Position numbers and translations under genes: made by a program. DNA of 6,147 nt from a virus. Taxonomy: Duplodnaviria; Heunggongvirae; Uroviricota; Caudoviricetes. The stretch is taken from IMG/VR virus record IMGVR_UViG_2671180637_000023; one strand, given 5' to 3'. Of this stretch, positions 1 to 6,147 are shown piece by piece. The notes beneath the pieces are model-generated. The model made no database searches, was not told the origin of the DNA, and saw only the letters and a list, made by a program, of their open reading frames with translations. How positions within the stretch are numbered: the first letter of the stretch is position 1; the number at the start of each line of letters is the position of its first letter.

Positions 1-262
1 CAGTCCGGAACAATTTGAAAACCAGAACCTCGCTTAGGCCTGTGTCCATATTACGTGGGTAGGATCAAACCTCATGCTATTTTCGCTTATATGCCTCTAA
101 AGGCATGGCACTTAAATAGATAAAAGCACCACAAAAGCATAAAAAAACCACACAGTAAAACCGCAATATGAAACAATAACAGATAATTAAACCAAAAACA
201 GATAGCGCATTGTGATAATCATTCAATACTAAACAAAATATAAACAGTGGAGCAATATGTAA

Positions 263-329
263 TTGACTCATTAAGTTAGATATAAAAAATACATATTCAA
301 TCATTAAAACGATTGAATGGAGAACTTTT
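263..329 (+). promoter_or_regulatory. ompT 5' control region: candidate sigma70 -35 TTGACT (263-268), A/T-rich -10 area (~281-297), Shine-Dalgarno GGAG (319-322) 7 nt before the ATG
   Basis: Seen in sequence: TTGACT hexamer, then an A/T-rich stretch with no unambiguous -10 at ideal spacing, then GGAG before ATG at 330. The exact promoter cannot be fixed without mapping the transcription start. Confidence 0.3.
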
Positions 330-1283
330 ATGCGGGCGAAACTTCTGGGAATATTCCTGACAACCCCTATTGCGATCAGCTCTTTTGCTTCTACCGAGAC
401 TTTATCGTTTACTCCTGACAACATAAATGCGGACATTAGTCTTGGAACTCTGAGCGGAAAAACAAAAGAGCGTGTTTATCTAGCCGAAGAAGGAGGCCGA
501 AAAGTCAGTCAACTCGACTGGAAATTCAATAACGCTGCAATTATTAAAGGTGCAATTAATTGGGATTTGATGCCCCAGATATCTATCGGGGCTGCTGGCT
601 GGACAACTCTCGGCAGCCGAGGTGGCAATATGGTCGATCAGGACTGGATGGATTCCAGTAACCCCGGAACCTGGACGGATGAAAGTAGACACCCTGATAC
701 ACAACTCAATTATGCCAACGAATTTGATCTGAATATCAAAGGCTGGCTCCTCAACGAACCCAATTACCGCCTGGGACTCATGGCCGGATATCAGGAAAGC
801 CGTTATAGCTTTACAGCCAGAGGTGGTTCCTATATCTACAGTTCTGAGGAGGGATTCAGAGATGATATCGGCTCCTTCCCGAATGGAGAAAGGGCAATCG
901 GCTACAAACAACGTTTTAAAATGCCCTACATTGGCTTGACTGGAAGTTATCGTTATGAAGATTTTGAACTCGGTGGCACATTTAAATACAGCGGCTGGGT
1001 GGAATCATCTGATAACGATGAACACTATGACCCGGGAAAAAGAATCACTTATCGCAGTAAGGTCAAAGACCAAAATTACTATTCTGTTGCAGTCAATGCA
1101 GGTTATTACGTCACACCTAACGCAAAAGTTTATGTTGAAGGCGCATGGAATCGGGTTACGAATAAAAAAGGTAATACTTCACTTTATGATCACAATAATA
1201 ACACTTCAGACTACAGCAAAAATGGAGCAGGTATAGAAAACTATAACTTCATCACTACTGCTGGTCTTAAGTACACATTTTAA
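330..1283 (+). CDS. ompT: Outer membrane protease OmpT (omptin family, protease VII)
   Basis: 317-aa ORF whose translation I recognise as E. coli OmpT over its whole length. 20-aa signal peptide MRAKLLGIFLTTPIAISSFA, then mature STETLSF. Catalytic residues present at precursor positions D103/D105 (MVDQD) and D230/H232 (NDEH), which are mature D83/D85/D210/H212. Ends in the C-terminal aromatic residue typical of beta-barrel OMPs (...LKYTF). SD GGAG upstream. Confidence 0.97.
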   Translation: MRAKLLGIFLTTPIAISSFASTETLSFTPDNINADISLGTLSGKTKERVYLAEEGGRKVSQLDWKFNNAAIIKGAINWDLMPQISIGAAGWTTLGSRGGNMVDQDWMDSSNPGTWTDESRHPDTQLNYANEFDLNIKGWLLNEPNYRLGLMAGYQESRYSFTARGGSYIYSSEEGFRDDIGSFPNGERAIGYKQRFKMPYIGLTGSYRYEDFELGGTFKYSGWVESSDNDEHYDPGKRITYRSKVKDQNYYSVAVNAGYYVTPNAKVYVEGAWNRVTNKKGNTSLYDHNNNTSDYSKNGAGIENYNFITTAGLKYTF

Positions 1284-1299
1284 GAACGCCAACTAAAAT

Positions 1300-1328
1300 T
1301 TCCCCGAGGTGAAAATCGCCCCGGGGAA
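1300..1328. terminator. GC-rich hairpin between convergent ompT and appY (candidate terminator)
   Basis: TTCCCCG-AGGTG / CGCCCCGGGGAA pairs into a ~11-bp stem (one mismatch, one G-U) with a 5-nt loop, 17 nt after the ompT stop. No U-tract immediately 3' on the + strand; a short A-tract precedes it on +, which is a T-tract on the - strand. Not a textbook intrinsic terminator. Confidence 0.35.
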
Positions 1329-1532
1329 TAACTAGCCATTTCAATGTAACAATTAACCCTTAAAATAAACCCAGAAGGTTATTAACTAAATCACATAGAA
1401 AACCATCAATTATAGTATGTATAAAATAGGCGACAGCAACCCAATTACAAATTAATGGTTCCAGAATATCACATCAGAAAAAACGCTGTATAATATTATA
1501 ATTAACATGTAGACAACTTGTAATAAACATTA

Positions 1533-2282
1533 TCAGTCAATTGTTTTGTTTATTCCATCTGTGACGCCGATTATTTTCTCAAAATAATGAGATGGCGTGA
1601 CACCATAATAATCTTTAAATGCACATATGAAATATGAAGTACTGTTATAGCCACATTTCTGGGCTACGACATTGATAGAATAAGAGTTTGAAGTTATGAG
1701 TTTTTTTGCATACCTCATCCTAGTATCTCTCAATATTTCAGTAAATGACGTTCCTTCATCCCTTAATCTTTTTTTCATTAAACTTTCACTCGTATAAATC
1801 AATTCCGCAATATCTTTTAAATGCCATTGTCGCTCAATATTAAAACTGATTATTCCAGTAATTTTACAGGTGAATGTATTTATATTTGTTAGTATAAAAG
1901 AATTTACACTTTCGCGTTTTTTGAACATGGCAAGTAAGGATATACATAGTCTTTCTTTTAACCAAAGGGAGTATGAGTCTGCTATTTTAATCCCTTCAAA
2001 CAGAGAAAAAACAAGCGATAATGGAGGTTCCTCTTCAGCAATATAGCCATTCTTATCAAGAGTAAATTTGCCAGGCAGCTCATTATTCACGTCGATAAAA
2101 AAGGATAAACATGTTTTCTTATCTATATCAACAATTCTTAGTTTAGAGGGGCATACTGGTAACTCCCTTCTAATTTTGTCGCTTACAATAAACAATGAAT
2201 TTTTTTTGAACGAGATAACTCTCCTGTTTATAATTAAATCAAATGATTGACAGATGAAAACTACGGAGCAAACATAATCCAT
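1533..2282 (-). CDS. appY: AraC/XylS-family transcriptional activator AppY
   Basis: 249-aa ORF. N-terminus [21 protein letters not shown] and overall sequence recognised as E. coli AppY. C-terminal dual helix-turn-helix of the AraC family (...[46 protein letters not shown]). SD AGGTG 4 nt before the ATG. Coding sequence conspicuously AT-rich (by eye roughly 30% GC), consistent with horizontal origin. Confidence 0.95.
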   Translation of the reverse strand: MDYVCSVVFICQSFDLIINRRVISFKKNSLFIVSDKIRRELPVCPSKLRIVDIDKKTCLSFFIDVNNELPGKFTLDKNGYIAEEEPPLSLVFSLFEGIKIADSYSLWLKERLCISLLAMFKKRESVNSFILTNINTFTCKITGIISFNIERQWHLKDIAELIYTSESLMKKRLRDEGTSFTEILRDTRMRYAKKLITSNSYSINVVAQKCGYNSTSYFICAFKDYYGVTPSHYFEKIIGVTDGINKTID

Positions 2283-2828
2283 CTTGCACCTATCATAAAA
2301 TTAAAACAAGTTGATAGCAGTCAAATAACAACCAATTAAATACACAATCATAATCAGGATGATGTGCATTTATATTTTTATACACAAAATTATAGTTTGC
2401 AAATTTTAATAAATTTCATTTAAGATTAAATTATTATATGTATATTGTTTTTTATTCTAACGTATTTCAAAGTTACATTTTTCAACGCTTACTATACTTT
2501 TTATTAACATAAACTCACTACAACGCACCTGAAACCTCTTGCTATATATATGTCAACCGTTTGAATTTAAAATAAAAAGAGTATCATTTTTACTTGCATT
2601 TCTTATCAAGTCACATTCAACAACAGTAAAAAAAACATTATTAGAACCATTCAATTAACAAAAAACCAACATCCAGCTTGCTTAATTTTTCTTTATTAAA
2701 CGATATTGAAAATCAATTGATAAAATACATCTAAACAACCTTTTGGGGCGCAAAAGCATAACATCAAACAAACAAATAACACACCGAAAAAACTCACAAT
2801 TAATAACCTATGATATACATACTGTTTA
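2283..2828 (-). promoter_or_regulatory. Long, extremely AT-rich appY upstream/leader region (promoter(s) and probable nucleoid-protein silencing target)
   Basis: ~550 bp with no ORF of 60 aa or more on any frame, very low GC, many A- and T-tracts. It sits directly upstream of appY on its coding strand. Individual -10/-35 elements cannot be assigned confidently because the whole region resembles promoter sequence. Confidence 0.45.
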
Positions 2829-3089
2829 TTATGGTTGAATAAGCCACTCGATATCTGGTGCTACGGAAGTGTCCACACGGTTTAGCAGCACCCGATACTT
2901 TTTTCAGGCTTCCAGCAACGATCTTTCTTCCTCCGTTGCGATTTCCAGATCTACAGCATCCTGCAGTGGCGCAATATACTCACTGAATTCCTGGATGTAG
3001 AACTGTGTGGTGACGGTCTTCCAGCTATTCGGCTCCTGCTGTATTGAAGCATACCAGGCTATTTCAATATCGCTATGCTGCGGCAGCAT
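2829..3089 (-). pseudogene. tfaX: Tail fibre assembly protein remnant (tfaX-like), interrupted by an in-frame TGA
   Basis: ORF 3089..2904 (61 aa) ends ...[23 protein letters not shown] then TGA. The same frame continues [24 protein letters not shown] to a TAA at 2829-2831. The intact tfa in this window reads ...[44 protein letters not shown] at the homologous position, so the TGA replaces a Trp codon (TGG to TGA). The N-terminal 38 aa do not match lambda-type Tfa, so the fragment is chimeric or truncated. Confidence 0.8.
2843..2983. repeat. Direct repeat copy A (tfa 3'-end homology, within tfaX remnant)
   Basis: By-eye alignment with 3892-4032 gives roughly 85% identity over ~140 bp, including a 40-bp identical core (2924-2963: TTTCTTCCTCCGTTGCGATTTCCAGATCTACAGCATCCTG). 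Confidence 0.85.
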
Positions 3090-3145
3090 TTAACCCCTTG
3101 TAATTCATTGCCATAATTGATTTAATTCACAAATAAAACTATAAC

Positions 3146-3814
3146 ATGGTGAAATTAATGAAAAAAAACACAGATGATGGGGCTAAAATTTACACACCAC
3201 TTACCCTAAAGCTTTATGACTGGTGGGTTTTGGGAGTATCAAATCGGCTTGCATGGGGATGTCCTACAAAGGAACACCTTCTTCCACACTTTCTGGAACA
3301 TTTAGGTAACAACCATCTGGATATTGGTGTTGGAACTGGGTTTTACCTTACTCACGTACCTGAGAGTAGTCTGATATCTTTAATGGATTTGAACGAAGCT
3401 AGCCTGAACGCGGCATCTACAAGGGCTGGGGAATCAAAAATTAAACATAAAATTAGCCATGATGTTTTTGAACCTTATCCCGCGGCGTTACATGGTCAAT
3501 TTGATTCCATTTCCATGTTTTACCTTCTTCACTGCCTGCCTGGAAATATATCTACAAAAAGCTGTGTAATACGCAATGCGGCGCAGGCCTTAACTGACGA
3601 TGGAACTCTATACGGAGCCACAATTCTTGGCGATGGAGTTGTGCACAATAGCTTCGGTCAAAAACTGATGCGCATTTACAATCAGAAAGGCATCTTTTCA
3701 AACACAAAAGATTCCGAAGAAGGCTTAACACATATACTCTCAGAGCATTTCGAGAATGTTAAAACCAAGGTTCAAGGTACTGTAGTAATGTTTTCCGCTT
3801 CAGGGAAAAAATAG
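3146..3814 (+). CDS. ybcY: Class I SAM-dependent methyltransferase, substrate unknown (ybcY-like prophage cargo gene)
   Basis: 222-aa ORF. Glycine-rich SAM-binding motif I LDIGVGTGF, an acidic residue at the end of the next strand (ISLMDLNE), and a downstream hydrophobic motif (DSISMFYLLHCLP), typical of the Rossmann-fold small-molecule/RNA/protein methyltransferase class. No DNA-methyltransferase target-recognition or DPPY/NPPY-type motif seen. No SD before the ATG at 3146; the ATG at 3158 is preceded by GGTGA, so the true start may be 3158. Gene symbol inferred from position between tfa and tfaX next to appY, as in K-12 DLP12 from memory. Confidence 0.75.
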   Translation: MVKLMKKNTDDGAKIYTPLTLKLYDWWVLGVSNRLAWGCPTKEHLLPHFLEHLGNNHLDIGVGTGFYLTHVPESSLISLMDLNEASLNAASTRAGESKIKHKISHDVFEPYPAALHGQFDSISMFYLLHCLPGNISTKSCVIRNAAQALTDDGTLYGATILGDGVVHNSFGQKLMRIYNQKGIFSNTKDSEEGLTHILSEHFENVKTKVQGTVVMFSASGKK

Positions 3815-3821
3815 CATCCAA

Positions 3822-3854
3822 CCGCAGCACGTTCTTGCTTAAGACGTGCTGCGG
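3822..3854. terminator. Perfect 11-bp inverted repeat between convergent methyltransferase and tfa (candidate bidirectional terminator or protein-binding palindrome)
   Basis: CCGCAGCACGT (3822-3832), 11-nt loop, ACGTGCTGCGG (3844-3854). It lies in the 54-bp gap between the methyltransferase stop (3814) and the tfa stop (3869). No U-tract directly adjacent on either strand. Confidence 0.35.
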
Positions 3855-3868
3855 CATAATCCCAATGA

Positions 3869-4453
3869 TTACTCCCTGACAGGGTTCGTAGGCCACTCAA
3901 TATCAGGTGCAGTTGATGTATCAACACGGTTCAGCAACACCCGATATTTTTTCCAGGCTTCCAGCAATGAGGTTTCTTCCTCCGTTGCGATTTCCAGATC
4001 TACAGCATCCTGAAGCGGCGCTATATGCTCACTGGCTACCTGCATCAGGCTGTTTTTTGTTTCTTCCGCCTCCCGGATCCGGAACAGTTTTTCTGCTTCC
4101 GTATCCTTCACCCAGTCTGTGCCGTTCCACTTCTGAAACTCCCCTTCCGGGGATAACCAGGTAACATTTTCCGGTAATGAGCCGAGTTCAGAAATAAATA
4201 ACGCGTCCCCTGATGCCACGTCATAAACTGTTTTACCCCGATGGTCTTCAACAAGATGCCACGATGCCTCATCACTGTTGAAAACAGCCACGAAGCCTGC
4301 CGGAATATCTGGCGGTGCAATATCGGTACTGTTTGCTGGCAGACCTGTATGAGGCGGAATATATGCGTCACCTTCACCAATAAATTCATTAGTTCCGGCC
4401 AACAGATTATAAATTTTTATGGTCTGTGGTTGTTCACTCATTCTGAATGCCAT
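3869..4453 (-). CDS. tfa: Phage tail fibre assembly protein (lambda Tfa family chaperone)
   Basis: 194-aa [77 protein letters not shown]..., recognised as the lambda/Rac/e14 Tfa family. SD GAGG 8 nt upstream. Its start codon overlaps the stf stop (TAATG at 4451-4455). Confidence 0.93.
   Translation of the reverse strand: MAFRMSEQPQTIKIYNLLAGTNEFIGEGDAYIPPHTGLPANSTDIAPPDIPAGFVAVFNSDEASWHLVEDHRGKTVYDVASGDALFISELGSLPENVTWLSPEGEFQKWNGTDWVKDTEAEKLFRIREAEETKNSLMQVASEHIAPLQDAVDLEIATEEETSLLEAWKKYRVLLNRVDTSTAPDIEWPTNPVRE
3892..4032. repeat. Direct repeat copy B (3' end of intact tfa)
   Basis: Partner of 2843-2983; 40-bp identical core at 3973-4012. Confidence 0.85.
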
Positions 4454-5688
4454 TATGCAAGCCTCACAATATAGTTAAATGCGATGTTTTTGACGGTGTT
4501 TTCCGCGTTACCAGCAGCGTTAACGGTGATGGTGTGTCCATGTGAACCAATCGCAACGGAGTGCGTATGAGCACCAATACCGACAGTATGTGCATGTGCG
4601 CCTGCGCTTGCAGCAGTGCCGGACAGCGAGTGGGTATGAGCACCATCTGATGATGTCTTCCCTGCATTACGAGTCTGGCCACTACCGCTTGTTGTGCTCA
4701 TAATCCCCGCGCTTAGATTTGAAATCGCGGTATAACCATTAGGGAAAATGCTCGTGTTCGTGCCACCAAATGCACCGGAACTCTTGTGTTGGTGCGCACC
4801 GGCACTATTTGCAGTCCCGCTAATACTATGGGTATGCGCCCCGGTGTTATTCGTGGATTTGGTTCCGTAATCAAACGACGATGTGTTTTTCGTCCCCAAA
4901 TCCGTACTGGATGCGCTGGCGCTGTGGGTGTGCGATTTAATGCCGTCCTGTTCCTGAGACAATACGGCACGACCACTGGCGGGTTTGCCCTTAATCGTCC
5001 AGCCACGCATATCAGGGATCACGCCTGACGGATAAGCGACTGCAAGTTTCGGGTATGCAGATTTGTCAAAAGTCTGCCCCTGCATCAGGGCATAGCCAGA
5101 CGGAACGGTATCTGATGGCCACGGGATTGGTGCGCCAGGCGGATAAAACTGCTCTGATGGCGTATAGAGTGAATAAACTGTACCGTCCGTTAACCCTTCC
5201 GGCTTATTAGCTGAATATGCTGGTGACGTATGAATCGTCACGCTGGCATTACTGGTATAATCCCATTGAATATTTACACCAGTCGCATAATTTCCGATTG
5301 CAACGTAAATATCGTAAGTATCACCAGATGTATTGACCCAGGCAAAATTTGTAAACCCTGTCGATGTGCGCTGCCATAAAGCACCAGTAATCCCCTTCGG
5401 ATTACCATTACCTGCACGCAAAACAAGTTCAGATATACCTGCCTGTTGAGGTGACCCCACGTTAAATCCCGCGCCACCAATCAACGTAATTGAAACAACA
5501 GAACTCGCCTGTGGCATGGTTACCGTTGCTAATTTGAACCAACCAGCACCACCGCTGAATAACATTGTTGTTGAGTTAAGCGTACCAATATCTTTCGGCG
5601 TCAGTGTTATATCCGCTGAAAGCGCCTTACCATTCACCTTACGGGCAGAAGGTACCCGACCATTCGCATTATCATTAGCTGCTTTCAC
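4453..5688 (-). CDS. stf: Side tail fibre protein Stf, C-terminal portion only (5'-truncated gene; receptor-binding distal region with HxH repeats)
   Basis: 411-aa ORF from a GTG at 5686-5688; the frame stays open upstream to 5760, immediately after the lom remnant stop, with no convincing SD, so this is an N-terminally deleted fragment of a ~1000-aa class gene. The C-terminus ...[40 protein letters not shown] and the collar-like motif [20 protein letters not shown] are characteristic of lambda/Rac Stf-type fibres. Six HxH motifs lie between residues 252 and 385. Stop overlaps the tfa start. Confidence 0.88.
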   Translation of the reverse strand: MKAANDNANGRVPSARKVNGKALSADITLTPKDIGTLNSTTMLFSGGAGWFKLATVTMPQASSVVSITLIGGAGFNVGSPQQAGISELVLRAGNGNPKGITGALWQRTSTGFTNFAWVNTSGDTYDIYVAIGNYATGVNIQWDYTSNASVTIHTSPAYSANKPEGLTDGTVYSLYTPSEQFYPPGAPIPWPSDTVPSGYALMQGQTFDKSAYPKLAVAYPSGVIPDMRGWTIKGKPASGRAVLSQEQDGIKSHTHSASASSTDLGTKNTSSFDYGTKSTNNTGAHTHSISGTANSAGAHQHKSSGAFGGTNTSIFPNGYTAISNLSAGIMSTTSGSGQTRNAGKTSSDGAHTHSLSGTAASAGAHAHTVGIGAHTHSVAIGSHGHTITVNAAGNAENTVKNIAFNYIVRLA

Positions 5689-5756
5689 TGCTTTCGGTGT
5701 CGCGGCAAGCGTTTCAGATGCGCTGTTGGTTGCACTACTGAGCTGGACAATTCCTT

Positions 5757-6086
5757 TTATTCATTCACGCGCACAGACGGCCCCGCCATCACGCTGAACC
5801 AGCGGTTACGCACGGAATCTTCATGCCAGCGGGTATCGCTGTAACGGGTAAGCTGGCGATTCTTGTCTCCTGCATAGCTGAATGACGTCACCAGCCCCAG
5901 TGTGTCCGTAAACTCATAACGGTATTTCACGTTAATCCCGTTCAGATCATCACTGCCGGGAACGTTCGTCCGGGCATGAAGATACCCCGCGCTCAGCGTG
6001 GACTGATGTTCAGACGCCCATGCAGGCGCACCGGATACGGCCAGACAAATGGCTGCGGACAAAATGGCGGCACAAACTTTACGCAT
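5757..6086 (-). pseudogene. lom: lom remnant: N-terminal 109 codons of an Ail/Lom-family outer membrane protein, truncated
   Basis: MRKVCAAILSAAICLAVSGAPAWA signal peptide, then [85 protein letters not shown], recognised as the lambda Lom N-terminus (full length about 200 aa). The frame ends at TAA 5757-5759 where full-length Lom continues, so an intact 8-stranded barrel cannot form. SD GAGAGG 6092-6097. Confidence 0.88.
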
Positions 6087-6108
6087 AATTACCTCTCGCT
6101 TTTCTGCA

Positions 6109-6134
6109 ATAAAAAAGGCGCCATTTCTGGCGCC
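6109..6134 (-). terminator. Rho-independent terminator upstream of lom (on - strand), terminating transcription coming from the tail gene side
   Basis: On the - strand: GGCGCC-AGAAAT-GGCGCC hairpin (6134..6117) immediately followed by TTTTTTATT (6116..6108). The lom SD and ATG follow about 20 nt later. Confidence 0.6.
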
Positions 6135-6147
6135 CGTATATGGGTTA

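Noticed and set aside
77-436. 119-aa ORF on the - strand overlapping the ompT promoter and 5' end
   Set aside because: It overlaps the start of the confidently identified ompT on the opposite strand and runs through low-complexity AT-rich DNA. The translation is hydrophobic and low-complexity with no recognisable family and no SD, so it is a probable shadow ORF.
480-1236. ORFs 480..911 (-) and 955..1236 (+) inside ompT
   Set aside because: Both lie entirely within the ompT coding region in alternative frames or strands. No recognisable domains; typical shadow ORFs.
2068-2250. 60-aa ORF on + strand inside appY
   Set aside because: Antisense to appY within AT-rich coding sequence; no start context or homology.
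3146-3814. Restriction-modification or other defence system centred on the methyltransferase
   Set aside because: The methyltransferase has no DNA-methyltransferase target-recognition or catalytic (DPPY/NPPY, PC-type) motifs that I can see. There is no adjacent endonuclease, specificity subunit or other partner ORF; the flanks are tfa sequences.
2829-4453. Possible invertible tail-fibre segment (Pin/Gin/Cin-type host-range switch) suggested by two tfa copies
   Set aside because: The two tfa-derived repeats are in direct, not inverted, orientation. No serine-recombinase (invertase) gene and no recognisable inverted crossover sites are present in the window.
4534-4935. Repetitive DNA in stf as a CRISPR array or other noncoding repeat
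   Set aside because: The repeats are short, imperfect, in-frame and encode the HxH protein motifs of the tail-fibre tip. There is no regular repeat-spacer architecture.
3907-5797. Multiple alternative-frame ORFs (3907..4164, 4108..4389, 4241..4474, 4464..4682, 4713..5006, 4786..5028, 5274..5480, 5516..5797) overlapping tfa and stf
   Set aside because: All are embedded in the confidently assigned tfa/stf genes. Their translations are Arg/Pro/Cys-rich, as expected for off-frame reading of GC-richer DNA. None has a convincing SD or family resemblance.

Overview
This window reads as the decayed tail-fibre end of a lambdoid cryptic prophage of the Escherichia coli / Shigella type, resembling the DLP12 right arm, with host-beneficial cargo genes. 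All calls rest on reading the sequence and recognising the proteins from memory; no database search was run. From left to right: ompT (+, omptin outer-membrane protease, intact catalytic residues); convergent appY (-, AraC-family regulator, very AT-rich); a ~550 bp extremely AT-rich appY upstream region; tfaX-like tail-fibre-assembly remnant (-, internal TGA); a class I SAM-dependent methyltransferase (+, ybcY-like, function unknown) lying between two direct copies of the tfa 3' end; an intact lambda-type tfa (-); the C-terminal part of a side tail fibre gene stf (-) with HxH repeats; and a lom remnant (-, 109 codons) abutting the stf frame, preceded by a rho-independent terminator. As I recall it, the K-12 DLP12 order is nohD-tfaD-ybcY-tfaX-appY-ompT; this window additionally retains lom'-stf' and an apparently intact tfa. 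I see no clear evidence of a novel multi-gene system (no CRISPR, no restriction-modification or toxin-antitoxin pair, no invertase). The most interesting open item is the uncharacterised methyltransferase cargo gene bracketed by tfa-derived repeats.
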